Shown one piece after another: positions 37,949 to 48,782 of a stretch of DNA of 64,000 bases. This stretch comes from Nitrososphaerota archaeon (GTDB taxonomy: Archaea > Thermoproteota > Nitrososphaeria_A > Caldarchaeales > Calditenuaceae): contig JBEPYO010000001.1 of NCBI GenBank assembly GCA_041641295.1, forward strand, positions 1,216,001 through 1,280,000, read 5' to 3'. A program made the translations under genes and the position numbers. Numbering within the stretch: position 1 is the stretch's first letter; the number at the start of each line of letters is the position of its first letter. The notes under the pieces were generated by a model. It made no database searches. It was not told the DNA's origin and saw nothing but the letters and a program-made list of their open reading frames with translations.

Positions 37949-39040
37949 ATGCAGGGAGACGTGGATCGGGAAGTTCGGCTGATCGAGGAGTTCGGCCTAA
38001 GAAGTATAACTGGACAGGAGTTAGGGATTGATCACTATTTTGCAAGGAGGGGCATTATCTTCGCGTGCAGAGGATATGAGGAGTTGATGGAGGCGCTCAA
38101 GAGCGGCGACTTCTACACGCTTACTGGGATCATGCCCTCCTCGGAGCGGATACATCTAGGCACAATGGCTGTGGTGGAGGCGGTGAAGTGCTTCTCCGAC
38201 AGGGCAAAGCAAACCATCCTGCTGGTCGCAGATCTGGAGTCCCTAGCCACTAGGGAGGTGAGCTTAGAAGAGGCTAGAAGGATAGCCTTTGAATTCCACA
38301 TACCCACCTATTTGGCTTTAGGGATAGATCCCGGGAAGTGCGTCTTCTACTTCCAGTCAGAGAACAAGGACATCCACAAGATAGCTGCCGACGCCTCGAG
38401 AGAGATTACACTCCAAGAATTCAGGGCCGTTTATGGCGTGCTAGAACCCTCCCGCATAATATCGTCCCTCTACCAGATAGGTGACATCCTATTCCCCCAA
38501 CTAGTAAGGCCTATGATAGGCATAATCCCGGTAGGACTGGACCAGGACCCACACATCAGACTCTGCCGAGACTATGTTAGACGCTCAAAGTTCTTCCAGT
38601 TTAAGCAGGCCGTCGGCGTATACATCAGGGATGTTCCCAGCCTGAAGGGTGAGGGGAAAATGAGTAAGAGTGAGCCCCACGCCGCAATCTTCCTCCCAGA
38701 AGACGACTACAAGGAATTGAAAAGAAAGGTCTACAAGGCCTTCTCAGGCGGAGCCAACACGCTTGAGGAGCAGAGAAAATATGGTGCAGACCTAGAGAAG
38801 GACGTACCATACAAAATCCTGCAATTCATCCTAAAGGATGACTCTGAACTCCGACGCATAGCTGAGAGCTACTCAACCGGCAAAATGATAAGCGGCGAAA
38901 TCAAGGAGTACCTATACGAAAGGCTCGTCGAACTGATGCAGGACCTCAAAGCCAAAATCGAGCAACACAGGGAGACGATTAGACGGAGAGAGATTAGAAT
39001 AATAAGCTCGGCTAAAGAGCTTGCGGAATACCTCGCATAG
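37949..39040 (+). CDS. trpS: Tryptophan--tRNA ligase
   Basis: TGIMPS, IHLG, PVGLDQDPHIRL, KMSKS, AFSGG, SGEIK. Confidence 0.93.
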   Translation: MQGDVDREVRLIEEFGLRSITGQELGIDHYFARRGIIFACRGYEELMEALKSGDFYTLTGIMPSSERIHLGTMAVVEAVKCFSDRAKQTILLVADLESLATREVSLEEARRIAFEFHIPTYLALGIDPGKCVFYFQSENKDIHKIAADASREITLQEFRAVYGVLEPSRIISSLYQIGDILFPQLVRPMIGIIPVGLDQDPHIRLCRDYVRRSKFFQFKQAVGVYIRDVPSLKGEGKMSKSEPHAAIFLPEDDYKELKRKVYKAFSGGANTLEEQRKYGADLEKDVPYKILQFILKDDSELRRIAESYSTGKMISGEIKEYLYERLVELMQDLKAKIEQHRETIRRREIRIISSAKELAEYLA

Positions 39041-39104
39041 GCAGGAAGGAATACGTTTTCGGTCAGAAAGCCTTTAATTCCCAGCCGGGCAACTATGTTT
39101 TTTC

Positions 39105-39427
39105 GGGGTGGCGGGTAGGGCCGGGGGGCTAGCCCTCCCCTACAACCTGAAACGGGCTTACGCAGGGGCCAGTAACCGGCTGGAAGGGGTGTCCGGTCCT
39201 CTGCTCGGCCTAGACGAGGAGGCATGAAGCCGCGTCCCACCGGAGAACGGTAGGGTGCGGCGCCACGCGTAGGCGTGGCCTCCCACACCCGCATGCACCG
39301 AACCGCGTCAGGCCCGGGAGGGAGCAGCGCTAAGGTGCAGCCGGGCTGCTGGTGGGGGTGCGTGGCTAACTGAATCGTCTAGGAGCGGCAGAGGCATCGG
39401 CCCTCGACCAGCTGGAGCCGCCACCCC
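39105..39427 (+). ncRNA. ffs: Archaeal signal recognition particle (7S) RNA
   Basis: Complementary ends GGGGTGGCGG/CCGCCACCCC; helix-8 motif GTCAGGCCC-GGGA-GGGAGCAGC; about 323 nt and GC-rich; TTTAAT about 30 nt upstream. Confidence 0.93.
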
Positions 39428-39476
39428 TCTCTAATGTAGAGTTTTAATATCGAGCACACTAATTCGTGGGATAGAC

Positions 39477-39944
39477 ATGTCTAGTGAGGGGGGTGGCTCT
39501 TTAGAGGAGGAGTTGAAGCGGCTTAGGGAGGAGAACCTTTACCTCAAGGCCGAGATCGAGAACCTCAAGAAGCTGATGGCTAAGGAAGTGGAGACCGCCA
39601 GCCGCGCAGTGGCCGAGAGACTCCTATTGAACATGATCCTGATATACGAGGAAGTCGAGAGAGTGTTTACAAGCCTCCTCAACAACTCGGACATGAAACA
39701 AGTCGCGGAGGGAATCGGCATTCTCTTGAAAGAGATAAGGAAGCTATTGGCCGAGCAAGGTGTCAATCCGTTAGAGACTATAGGGAAGAAGTTTGACCCA
39801 TTCATCCACGAGGCGGTCGGCTTCGTCGAGAGAGATGACGTCGAGGACGAAACGATAGTCGCGGAGATTAGCAGGGGGTATGAATATGTGGGTAAGATTC
39901 TGAAACCCCCCAGAGTAATAGTGGCTAGAAGGAGCCAGTCCTAA
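39477..39944 (+). CDS. grpE: Nucleotide exchange factor GrpE
   Basis: YLKAEIEN, EGI, GKKFDPFIHEAV, RGY...ILKPPRVIV. Confidence 0.9.
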   Translation: MSSEGGGSLEEELKRLREENLYLKAEIENLKKLMAKEVETASRAVAERLLLNMILIYEEVERVFTSLLNNSDMKQVAEGIGILLKEIRKLLAEQGVNPLETIGKKFDPFIHEAVGFVERDDVEDETIVAEISRGYEYVGKILKPPRVIVARRSQS

Positions 39945-39995
39945 TGCCCAGACCATGGGTATATGCATAGGTTTAATCCGCACCCCCTCTTAACT

Positions 39996-40661
39996 ATGAA
40001 CGGAGAGGGAGTGACGCGGGAGAGGTGGCTCGCGGAGAGGCGTGCCGATCCTTGGATCAGGATGGCTAAGAAGGAGGGATACCCCTCTAGGGCGGCATAT
40101 AAGCTCAAACACATCCAGAGACTATACTCAATCATAAGCCCTGGAGATGTTGTAGTCGAGCTTGGGGCTGCGCCGGGCGGCATGTTGAAGGTAGCTTCCG
40201 AGCTTGTGGGTGAGGATGGGCTGGCTGTGGGTGTTGACATTAAGCCGATACACTGCACTGGCGATAACATCCGGCATCTGAGAATCGACATCTACGATCC
40301 TTCAGCGCCGAAGGAGATATTGAAACTTTTAGGGCATGTTGGATGTGATGTGCTTATCTCCGACGCCTCCCCAAACCTGATTGGTATCGCCGAGATAGAT
40401 ACGATGAGGCAGCTTGACCTAGTTATAAGGTGCTGCGAGATTGCAGACGAGGTCCTGAAAGATAATGGAAACATCATGCTCAAGGCCTTCGAGTGTCCAG
40501 AACTTACGCGGGTCGACAGAGTTCTCCGCAGCTGCTTTAACAACTACAAGAGAGTTACGACGCCGCCAAGTCTGAGAAAGCACAGCTCGGAGGTCTATCT
40601 AGTCGGCATCGGTAGATGGAGGGCACCCATTGCTCCGCTGTTAAAGACAGCTCTTGGTTAA
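39996..40661 (+). CDS. rlmE: 23S rRNA Um2552 2'-O-methyltransferase (RlmE/FtsJ)
   Basis: GYPSRAAYKL, ELGAAPGG, SDASPN, SSEVY; start uncertain (39963, 39996 or 40011). Confidence 0.9.
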   Translation: MNGEGVTRERWLAERRADPWIRMAKKEGYPSRAAYKLKHIQRLYSIISPGDVVVELGAAPGGMLKVASELVGEDGLAVGVDIKPIHCTGDNIRHLRIDIYDPSAPKEILKLLGHVGCDVLISDASPNLIGIAEIDTMRQLDLVIRCCEIADEVLKDNGNIMLKAFECPELTRVDRVLRSCFNNYKRVTTPPSLRKHSSEVYLVGIGRWRAPIAPLLKTALG

Positions 40662-40668
40662 ATGTGCC

Positions 40669-42123
40669 TCATTGCGTAAGGGTCAGTAGGTGAACCGAAC
40701 AAGGCTCCAGATTCAATATTATCTCTCCATTCCGGCTCTCAATTCTTCCCCCATCTCTCGGAACGACTTTACCTGGCTCGTCGAACGTATTTCTGTCGTC
40801 AGGTGAGGGGCTAGTCAAGTATCGATGCTTCACACGCTTGAAGTCGAAGCCGGCAACGCGGATACTACATTCAACAGTCTCATCCTGCAACCCATTAACC
40901 ACGTGCAAATACATTTTATCACTATCAAAGCTGGCCACCGCATCCACTGCTGGGACCTGCTCTTCAGCCTCTTCAGAGTAGAGTGTAGGCCCGACGACAC
41001 CCGTCCAAGCAACTTGGCTCCCCGCGTTTGGTGCAAATAGCTCATAGACGTAGAATTGGGGGCTCAGGACCATCCCCCCATCATCCCTAGTCGAGATGAG
41101 TGGGAGGACATTCACGGTCTGCGCAAAGCAAGCTATCGGAACCATCTTAGACATCTTTTGGAGCTTAATCAATACAAGGCCTGTAAACACTGCGTCCCTC
41201 ATCGATGTAAACTGAACATGCATGGGAGGAACCGCCTCTTTATACCATACATTCCACTCATCAAAAGCTAGTCGAATCCTTTTTGGAATGCCAAACTTTC
41301 TGCAGGCAGTCTTTACGCTTTCGTATATTGAGGTTAGGTTACGCTCAATCTGTAGCGGGGCGGCGATAAGGTCTTCATGCTTTTTTGGACAGAAAATGTA
41401 GGTGTGTACCGAGAGATAATCGATGTAGTTGCCAGCGATCTTTATCATGTCTATGTTCCACTCTGGGTCATTATCGACTCCACAGCCCACGATCTCGATG
41501 CTTTTATCAACCCTTTTCATCAGGTTTACAAACTCTATTGTCCTCCGCGCGCACTCGGCTCCGTCGATGCAGAAGCCGACCTGCCAGCGGCCGTACAGCT
41601 CGTTCCCAACCCCCCAGAGCTTGACGTTGAAGGGTTCAGACCATCCATCCCTCTTCCTCAAGGACGCATAATACGTATCGCCTCTCGAGTTACAGTACTC
41701 CACCCATGCTGCCGCCTCCTCCGGCGTACCACTGCCAGCGTTGACGACGATAAATGGCTCGGTGCCCACAAGCCTACACCACTCGATAAACTCCACTGTC
41801 CCAAACTCGTTGGGCTCAACCCACTCCCAAGCCAGCTCAAACTTCCTTGGACGCGAGGCCCTCGGCCCAATCCCATCCATCCAGTGGTAGGCTGACGAGA
41901 AGTTTCCACCAGGCCATCTGGTAACTGGAGGTGCTATTCTTTTCACGGCCTCGAGGACGTCAGACCTGTAACCTCTCAGGTTGGGTATCTGCGAGTTCTC
42001 CCCCACCCAAATCCCACCGTATATGCAGCGTCCCAGATGCTCAATGAACTGGCCGAAAACCCTCTTGTCGAGAGGTCCAACCACAGAGCTGGCGTCCACC
42101 CAGATTTTAGCGTGCCGGCTCAC
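40669..42123 (-). CDS. Alpha-L-arabinofuranosidase, GH51
   Basis: FGQFIEHLGRCIYGG, RWPGGNF, GNE, FDEWNVW, AQTVNV; start set at GTG 42123 to avoid overlap with the upstream gene. Confidence 0.92.
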   Translation of the reverse strand: MSRHAKIWVDASSVVGPLDKRVFGQFIEHLGRCIYGGIWVGENSQIPNLRGYRSDVLEAVKRIAPPVTRWPGGNFSSAYHWMDGIGPRASRPRKFELAWEWVEPNEFGTVEFIEWCRLVGTEPFIVVNAGSGTPEEAAAWVEYCNSRGDTYYASLRKRDGWSEPFNVKLWGVGNELYGRWQVGFCIDGAECARRTIEFVNLMKRVDKSIEIVGCGVDNDPEWNIDMIKIAGNYIDYLSVHTYIFCPKKHEDLIAAPLQIERNLTSIYESVKTACRKFGIPKRIRLAFDEWNVWYKEAVPPMHVQFTSMRDAVFTGLVLIKLQKMSKMVPIACFAQTVNVLPLISTRDDGGMVLSPQFYVYELFAPNAGSQVAWTGVVGPTLYSEEAEEQVPAVDAVASFDSDKMYLHVVNGLQDETVECSIRVAGFDFKRVKHRYLTSPSPDDRNTFDEPGKVVPRDGGRIESRNGEIILNLEPCSVHLLTLTQ

Positions 42124-42158
42124 GTTTAGGCGGCAGTCACACCCCGATATATCCTTAA

Positions 42159-43181
42159 TTATGGCTTTTCCGCGGAGACCCTCTCCAGCGCGCCTAAGTT
42201 TAAGGTGACCTCGCAGATGTCGGAGCTGTATTCCGCGATTCGCCGTATGTCTTGGGCTAGCATGATGACCCCGACATCGGTCTCCCATTTCGCACCCTTT
42301 CTCCTCGTTATGTCCATGAGCAGGAGCTCAAACGCTTCAATCTTCCTCATTGCCTGGCGGGCTCTCGAGACGCTCCTCTCAAGTAACGCAGTTTTGGCCT
42401 CTGTGAAGAGGCTGCTGGCCTCGTAGCCGGCCCTTATTAGCTCGGGCGGTGGGGTCTTAGTCTGCCTCTCACCGACTAGGAAGTTGGCGATGGATGTTGC
42501 ATGGTCGGCCGCTCTCTCGATTGTTTTAGCAGCTATGATGTATGATAGGCATTCTTGCGGGTTCTTGAGGCCGAGCGCTGCTAGTCTTCGAGGGCTTGAG
42601 ATGCCTATGTTAAGTTGTCTAACGGCGAAGTGGTAGAACCTGTCCACGTCATAGTCCCTCTGGATGATGTCTTGGGCAAGTCCTTCATCATTATTCTCAA
42701 TTGCGTATAGGGCATCCCTCTGCATGCTTGCGGCGAGGTCCGCCATCCTCTCGATAACCTTGACCGGCTGTAGGCTGTCATGGGTAGGCAAGCACTGTGT
42801 GACTATCCCATGGAAGGTCTCACCAACGATCTCAACACCCACCAGCCACCTCCTCATCATCTCCTTCAACTCCTTCGTGTGCCTATAGCCAGTCTCCCCG
42901 AACTCAAGCCTAATGACGCTAAAACCTGCAATATACATTGAGAGGTAAAGCCGCAGCACATCCTCGGGGCCTGCATCAGCAGGAACCTTGACAACGGCCT
43001 CCTCTACGGCCTCCTGCCCATCGAGGGCGGTCGGCCATATTATAAGCCCCCCACCGGGCTCCTCCATCAAGTAGAGCTCGTCATGGGGCTTCAGTCCAAC
43101 CCTCCTAACCCACTCCTGTGGTAGCGAAACTATGAGGGTTGAGCCTCCTGTTTTCTGTACGCGGCGAGAGTAGACGGGCAT
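42159..43181 (-). CDS. Phosphate uptake regulator (AbrB + PhoU domains)
   Basis: RRVQKTGGSTLIVSLPQEW, DYDVDRFY, IERAADHA, IRRIAEY. Confidence 0.92.
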   Translation of the reverse strand: MPVYSRRVQKTGGSTLIVSLPQEWVRRVGLKPHDELYLMEEPGGGLIIWPTALDGQEAVEEAVVKVPADAGPEDVLRLYLSMYIAGFSVIRLEFGETGYRHTKELKEMMRRWLVGVEIVGETFHGIVTQCLPTHDSLQPVKVIERMADLAASMQRDALYAIENNDEGLAQDIIQRDYDVDRFYHFAVRQLNIGISSPRRLAALGLKNPQECLSYIIAAKTIERAADHATSIANFLVGERQTKTPPPELIRAGYEASSLFTEAKTALLERSVSRARQAMRKIEAFELLLMDITRRKGAKWETDVGVIMLAQDIRRIAEYSSDICEVTLNLGALERVSAEKP

Positions 43182-43211
43182 ACCGCTTCGAACTATTTAG
43201 TGGCGGTGTTT

Positions 43212-43303
43212 GAATATATAGGCTTTCCCGTCTTTTGACTCCTATATAGGAATGTGTAGATAAAATATTGAATATAGGTTTAGTTTAAATCGTCAATATA
43301 GCC
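43212..43303. promoter_or_regulatory. Repeated ATATAG-type boxes in the divergent regulator/pstS promoter
   Basis: GAATATATAGG, CCTATATAGG (palindrome), GAATATAGG, CAATATAGCC, spaced about 25-29 nt apart. Confidence 0.5.
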
Positions 43304-43316
43304 TGTTAAGGTCGAG

Positions 43317-44390
43317 ATGATGTCACAGCCAAAAACGATTGGGCTAATCCTGACATTCTTACTTGTAGGCGGCGTAATAGGATACGTGGGAGGATGGTTC
43401 TCATCTAGCCCCTCATCAATAGTAACCGTCACAGAGAAAATAACGGTTACATCTGGGGGACAGACTCAGACCACCGGACAGCTTGCGGGTGAGATCATCA
43501 TTGATGGTTCCAGCACAGTGTATCCTATAACTGAGGCGGCTGCGGAGGCCTTCATGAATCTCTACCCCAATGTGAAGATATCTGTTGGGATATCGGGGAC
43601 GGGGGGCGGGTTTAAGAGGTTTGTAGTAGGTGAGACGGACATCAACGACGCCTCTAGGCCCATTCTGAGGAGCGAGGCTGAGACCGCCCAGTCGAATGGC
43701 ATAGAGTGGATAGAGGTTCCTGTCGCGATAGATGGCTTAGTGGTTGTGGTGAACAGGCAGAATGACTGGGTGGACTGTTTAACAATCTCGGAGCTTAAGA
43801 AGATCTGGGAGCCCGATAGCAAGGTATCAAAGTGGAGTGACATAAGACCCGAGTGGCCCAATGCACCCATACTGCTCTACGGCCCTGGACCCGACTCAGG
43901 TACTTTCGACTACTTCACCGAGAGGGTTGTGGGGAAGCTTAAGGCAAGTAGGACAGACTACATCGCCTCTGAGGACGACAACGTCTTAGTAGCTGGTGTA
44001 GAGGGGGAGAAGAATGCGCTGGGATACTTCGGCTACGCATATTATCCCCACGCGGCAGATAGGATCAGGATAGTACCCATACGTGATGATTTGAAGGAGG
44101 GGTCAGAGTGCGTAGTACCTACAGATGAGACGGTGGGCTCGTTTGTATATCCACTTGCGAGACCAATATTCATATACGTCAACAAGAAGGCATGGAACGA
44201 GAAGCCTTGGCTGAGAGAGTTCGTTATATTCTACCTCGAGAATGGGGAGAAGTTTGCGAAACAGGTGAGCTATACACCGTTCACTTCGCAGTACTATAAG
44301 TCTGCTGCCGCCCTACTAAGAGCCGGCGTAACCGACGGGCTGTACTCATTAACGTCCATAGTCGTGTGGAGGAACGCGGGTCCCCACTAG
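43317..44390 (+). CDS. pstS: Phosphate ABC transporter substrate-binding protein
   Basis: DGSSTVYP, SGTGGGF, DASR, SGTFDYF, SEDDN, YPLARP. Confidence 0.95.
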   Translation: MMSQPKTIGLILTFLLVGGVIGYVGGWFSSSPSSIVTVTEKITVTSGGQTQTTGQLAGEIIIDGSSTVYPITEAAAEAFMNLYPNVKISVGISGTGGGFKRFVVGETDINDASRPILRSEAETAQSNGIEWIEVPVAIDGLVVVVNRQNDWVDCLTISELKKIWEPDSKVSKWSDIRPEWPNAPILLYGPGPDSGTFDYFTERVVGKLKASRTDYIASEDDNVLVAGVEGEKNALGYFGYAYYPHAADRIRIVPIRDDLKEGSECVVPTDETVGSFVYPLARPIFIYVNKKAWNEKPWLREFVIFYLENGEKFAKQVSYTPFTSQYYKSAAALLRAGVTDGLYSLTSIVVWRNAGPH

Positions 44391-44410
44391 TGTGAGAAGG
44401 TGGATGCTTA

Positions 44411-45337
44411 ATGGTAGCTGAAACAACTAGTGTGGAGAAATTAAAGAGATCAATAGATAGGCGGAGATATATGGACAGGATTTTTTACATCCTCTTTCTT
44501 TTATCAACCCTTGTCTCTACGGCTGCACTTATAATCATCTTCGCAACATTGGGGCTTGAATCCTTCGGGTTCTTCGCTCATGTCTCAATAGTCGAATTTC
44601 TGACGAGTACCAAGTGGACTGTACTTTTCGCAGAAAAGCATTTCGGTGTTCTTCCACTTCTGAACGCGACCATTCTTACCTCGCTGATAGCCATCGCGGT
44701 AGCCGCACCCCTAGGAGTCATGATAGCATTATTCCTTAGCGAGTACGCCTCAGCGAATACGCGGTCAGTAGTTAAGCCACTGGTCGAGACGCTTGCAGGC
44801 ATACCTACAGTCGTCTACGGATATTTCGCCCTCTACTTTGTAACACCTAATCTGCTGAAGCCCCTGTGGGAGGGATTGCAACTCCACAACGCTCTTGCGG
44901 TCGGGTTGATGATTGGCGTCTTGATAATCCCGATAGTGGCCTCCATCAGTGATGACGCCATGGCAGCTGTCCCCGCCGACCTCAGGCTAGCGGCATATGC
45001 TGTAGGCTCTAGGAAGTCTGACGTTGCGCTTAGAGTCGTTCTACCCGCAGCCCTCTCAGGCGTGTCAGCCTCGATAATACTTGCGTTTGCGAGGGCTATG
45101 GGTGAGACTATGATCGCCGCCATAGCTGGCGGGTTCAGGAGCATTTTAACCTTCAACATAGGCGAGAGCATGCAGACGATGACGGCATACATTGCACAGG
45201 TTGCAACCGGTGACGCCCCGCACGGAACAATAGAATACCAGTCATTGTTCGCCGTCGGGCTATTCCTCCTAGTGATAACGGCCGTGTTAAACTACATAGG
45301 TATCAGGGTGGTTAGGAGATGGGCCATCAAGTATTGA
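44411..45337 (+). CDS. pstC: Phosphate ABC permease
   Basis: LAGIPTVVYG, ARAMGETM, QTMTAYI. Confidence 0.95.
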   Translation: MVAETTSVEKLKRSIDRRRYMDRIFYILFLLSTLVSTAALIIIFATLGLESFGFFAHVSIVEFLTSTKWTVLFAEKHFGVLPLLNATILTSLIAIAVAAPLGVMIALFLSEYASANTRSVVKPLVETLAGIPTVVYGYFALYFVTPNLLKPLWEGLQLHNALAVGLMIGVLIIPIVASISDDAMAAVPADLRLAAYAVGSRKSDVALRVVLPAALSGVSASIILAFARAMGETMIAAIAGGFRSILTFNIGESMQTMTAYIAQVATGDAPHGTIEYQSLFAVGLFLLVITAVLNYIGIRVVRRWAIKY

Positions 45338-46215
45338 CTGGCGCAGAGCGCCGTCATGCGAGGCTTAGGAAGTTCATTGACCGGGTGCTGCCCATAATTC
45401 TCAGCGTGGCTGTTTTCATAGCGGTCGCCACCGTAGCCTCCCTACTCCTCACAGTGATTATTACCGGCGGCCACAGGCTGTCATGGAACCTGATCCTCAA
45501 CTATCCGTCAGCCAACCCTGAAGAGGCCGGTATGAGGTCTGCCATTCTGGGCAGCATATTCACTGTAGGCTTGTCTGCGCTTATATGCGTCCCCCTCAGC
45601 ATAGCAACCGCGATCTATCTCGTGGAGTATTCGAGGGGAGGTAGGCTCTCCTCCCTCCTTCGCTACAACATTGCAAATTTGGCGGGTGTCCCATCAGTGG
45701 TCTTTGGAGTCGTAGCACTGGGCTTCCTAGCCTACTGGTTGGGAATGGGGCGGACAGTAATCACCGGAGCCTTCACGCTCGCCATCTTGACGCTACCCCT
45801 AGTGACCGTGACTTGTGTCGAGGCATTGAAGGCTGTTCCCGACGATCTACGGTTGGGTGCATATGCTCTCGGAGCTACGACTCTTCAAGTCGTTAGGCGC
45901 ATCTCCCTCCCTAGGGCTCTACCCATGATGCTGACGGGCGGGATACTAGGCATAAGCAGAGCCCTAGGCGAGGCTGCTCCAATACTAGTTGTGAGTGGCA
46001 TACTCTTCATAAGAGAGGACCCAACCTCACTCTTCAGCAAATTTACAGTCATGCCGCTCCAGCTCTACAACTGGATAAGCAGGCCACAGCCAGCCTTCAT
46101 AGAACTCTCATCCGCCGGAATTATCATCCTGCTGCTGATACTATTAGCGCTCAACGGCGTCGCCATCGCTTTGAGACAGTATTTGATGAGGAGGATTGGG
46201 CAGACTTGGCGATAG
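45319..46215 (+). CDS. pstA: Phosphate ABC permease
   Basis: [20 protein letters not shown]. Confidence 0.95.
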   Translation: MGHQVLTGAERRHARLRKFIDRVLPIILSVAVFIAVATVASLLLTVIITGGHRLSWNLILNYPSANPEEAGMRSAILGSIFTVGLSALICVPLSIATAIYLVEYSRGGRLSSLLRYNIANLAGVPSVVFGVVALGFLAYWLGMGRTVITGAFTLAILTLPLVTVTCVEALKAVPDDLRLGAYALGATTLQVVRRISLPRALPMMLTGGILGISRALGEAAPILVVSGILFIREDPTSLFSKFTVMPLQLYNWISRPQPAFIELSSAGIIILLLILLALNGVAIALRQYLMRRIGQTWR

Positions 46216-46265
46216 AGTCATATAATCAGTTACTCAGGGACTATGTGGAGCTAGGTAAGGAGGAG

Positions 46266-47054
46266 ATGGCAGATATATCTGGCCCTGAGGTCGTGAGGGT
46301 GGAGAACCTTAGAGTAGACTATGGGGGCAAAACAGCCATTGACGGCATAAACATATCATTCAAACGTAACAACATCACAGCAATCATAGGGCCGTCGGGC
46401 TGCGGCAAATCAACCCTCCTAAGATCGATAAACCGTATGAACGACCTCATCCCAGGCGCCAAGGTAACCGGTAAAGTATACTTTAACGGAATTGATATTT
46501 ACTCACGAGATGTGGATCCAGTCTTTATACGTTCTAGGATTGGAATGGTCTTCCAGCGTCCGAACCCCTTCCCCTTCAGCATATTCGACAATGTTGCTTT
46601 TGGTCTGAGGGTTAATGGCTTCAAGCTCTCGAAGTCAGAGCTTTATGAGAAGGTGAAGGATGCGCTGGTCAAGGCGGCTCTGTGGGATGAGGTTAAGGAC
46701 AGGCTGGACAAGCACGCGTACAGCCTGTCGGGTGGGCAGCAGCAGAGGCTATGTATCGCGCGCGCATTGGCCGTAGACCCTGAGGTGTTGCTGCTCGACG
46801 AGCCCACAGTCTCGCTCGACCCCATCTCCACTGCGCGTATCGAGTCTCTGCTCCGCTCAATCAAGGACGAGTACACAATAATAATAGTCACACACAATAT
46901 GCTTCAGGCTGCGCGTGTCTCGGACTACACAGCCGTCATGATGCCCGATGAAAACATGGTGGGCCGGATAATCGAGTTCGGGGAGACTAGACAGATCTTC
47001 ACAAACCCTCGGGATAAGAGGACTGAGGACTACATCAGTGGGCGTATAGGGTGA
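46266..47054 (+). CDS. pstB: Phosphate ABC ATPase
   Basis: [35 protein letters not shown]; ATG 46266 has a GGAGG SD (ORF open from 46206). Confidence 0.95.
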   Translation: MADISGPEVVRVENLRVDYGGKTAIDGINISFKRNNITAIIGPSGCGKSTLLRSINRMNDLIPGAKVTGKVYFNGIDIYSRDVDPVFIRSRIGMVFQRPNPFPFSIFDNVAFGLRVNGFKLSKSELYEKVKDALVKAALWDEVKDRLDKHAYSLSGGQQQRLCIARALAVDPEVLLLDEPTVSLDPISTARIESLLRSIKDEYTIIIVTHNMLQAARVSDYTAVMMPDENMVGRIIEFGETRQIFTNPRDKRTEDYISGRIG

Positions 47055-47063
47055 GGAGAGGGT

Positions 47064-47699
47064 TTGAGCAGGATACTCGATATGGGGCTTCAGCTACTTA
47101 CTCGGCGTCTAGAGGAGATGTTCAACATCGGCATAAACTCTTTCTACAAGAGTATCGACGGGCTACTGCAGTACAGAGACGTTGAGAATGAGGTCTTTGA
47201 GTCTGCGAAGAGGCTAAGGGACCTGCACGAAGAGATTAGTGAAATTGCTACGGAGCTTATAGCTAGGTATCAGCCAGTCGCTAAAGATCTAAGATACATC
47301 CGCTCCTGCCTCAATATTTCGTACGACATTCTTAGGATGGGGCGATACGCCCTAGAGATAACTAGGAGCAGTCGGATGCTCGGCTCTCTCCTTGAATGCG
47401 ACCTTACACCAATCTCGGAGGCCAGCGAGGTTATTGGCCAGATGCTTAAGAACGCCCTCCAAGCACTCCAAGAGCTAAATGTGGATATGGCCAAGAAGGT
47501 TAAGGAGATGGATGAGAGGATAGACGAGATTTATCGGGAGAGGATTAAGGCAATAACACTCGAGAGAAACGGCTCGCGGGAGTGTGATGTAGCAATCGTC
47601 CTGACGCTCAGGAATCTCGAGAGGATTGCAGACCACGCCACCTACATTTGCGATGCTGTGGAGTATATCGTCACGGGCGCCCTGAGGCATCGCGAGTAG
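47064..47699 (+). CDS. phoU: Phosphate transport regulator PhoU
   Basis: IARYQPVAKDLR, MDERID, LERIADHATYI. Confidence 0.92.
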   Translation: MSRILDMGLQLLTRRLEEMFNIGINSFYKSIDGLLQYRDVENEVFESAKRLRDLHEEISEIATELIARYQPVAKDLRYIRSCLNISYDILRMGRYALEITRSSRMLGSLLECDLTPISEASEVIGQMLKNALQALQELNVDMAKKVKEMDERIDEIYRERIKAITLERNGSRECDVAIVLTLRNLERIADHATYICDAVEYIVTGALRHRE

Positions 47700-48654
47700 C
47701 CCTGACCTGCGAGAGCTTAGCTAAGAGAATGGAGGCTACAGCCGCGTCTTGTGCTGCTGTACCAACTGTCTTAAAGACGGTAACCTCATCATTGTTGACA
47801 CGGCCAGCCTTTCTTCCAGCTATTATCTCCCCAATCTCAGCATACACGTCCTCCCACCTCATCAGGCCCGACTTGACTGCCTGAATTATCTCCCCCGCCT
47901 CCTCCTTGGCCGCGGCTAGCGAGTCAACAACAACTTTGCTGGATGCCAGTAGCCGCGGGTCTATCTCGGCCATTTCAGGGGTGTAGGCCCCTATAGCCGA
48001 GATATGTGTTCCGGGTCTCACCCACTCCTTCAAGACTACGGGTGTCTTGCTCGTGGTGGCGGTTATAATGACGTCGCAGGACCTGACTAGGGTCTCGGCA
48101 GAGCCGCATATCTCCACCTCTACCCCGGTCTTCTCTCGCATCTCCTCGGCGAACCTCTCGGCCCTATCTCTATATACGTCGAAAGCGTAGACTCTTTCCG
48201 GCTTCATCACTCGGTGTGTTATGGAGAGCTGCCAGCGGGCTTGGTATCCGCAGCCTATGATTCCCAGGCTTGATGCATCGCTCCTAGCTAAGTATTTTAC
48301 GGAGAGGGCGGTGGCGGCCGCAGTCCTTAAGCCTGTTAGGGCCCGCGCCTCAGCGACCAGCTTGGGGATACCGTCCGCAGGATCAACTGCCACGACTACG
48401 GCGTTGGTGGTCGGTAAACCCTTCTCAATATTGCCCGGATATACTGAGACGACCTTGAGGGAGAAAACCTTCAGACTTGGAGCAAGACACGGCATTAAAA
48501 GTATGTCCCCTACTCCTTGAACACTAATCCTGTTCCGGGGCGGCATAACGACCTCGCCGAGGCTGAGTGCTTTAAACGCCTCGGCAACAGAGCTCAGCAG
48601 CTCCTCCACCGATACAAGAGCCTCAACATCGCTATCACTGAGTGTTGCGACCAT
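47671..48654 (-). CDS. Ornithine cyclodeaminase / archaeal alanine dehydrogenase family
   Basis: KVVSVYPGN, LTGLRTAA, IGCGYQA, TATTS, FKTVG.AAQD. Confidence 0.9.
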   Translation of the reverse strand: MVATLSDSDVEALVSVEELLSSVAEAFKALSLGEVVMPPRNRISVQGVGDILLMPCLAPSLKVFSLKVVSVYPGNIEKGLPTTNAVVVAVDPADGIPKLVAEARALTGLRTAAATALSVKYLARSDASSLGIIGCGYQARWQLSITHRVMKPERVYAFDVYRDRAERFAEEMREKTGVEVEICGSAETLVRSCDVIITATTSKTPVVLKEWVRPGTHISAIGAYTPEMAEIDPRLLASSKVVVDSLAAAKEEAGEIIQAVKSGLMRWEDVYAEIGEIIAGRKAGRVNNDEVTVFKTVGTAAQDAAVASILLAKLSQVRATRDASGRP

Positions 48655-48782
48655 ATACCCTCCAGCAGCGAGTCTCAGGCTAGGTATATAGAGTTTAAGA
48701 ACCCCATCAAGTATAATACTGATAATCGCTAAAATCTACCCTTCCTGCGCGAAACTTTAAAAGCAGAGTCCCAAGAGGTATA

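Noticed and set aside
38869-39294. 141-aa minus-strand ORF
   Set aside because: Overlaps trpS and the SRP RNA; a GC-rich artefact.
42124-42288. N-terminal extension of GH51 in the ORF track
   Set aside because: Overlaps the PhoU-domain regulator; GH51 similarity begins near GTG 42123.
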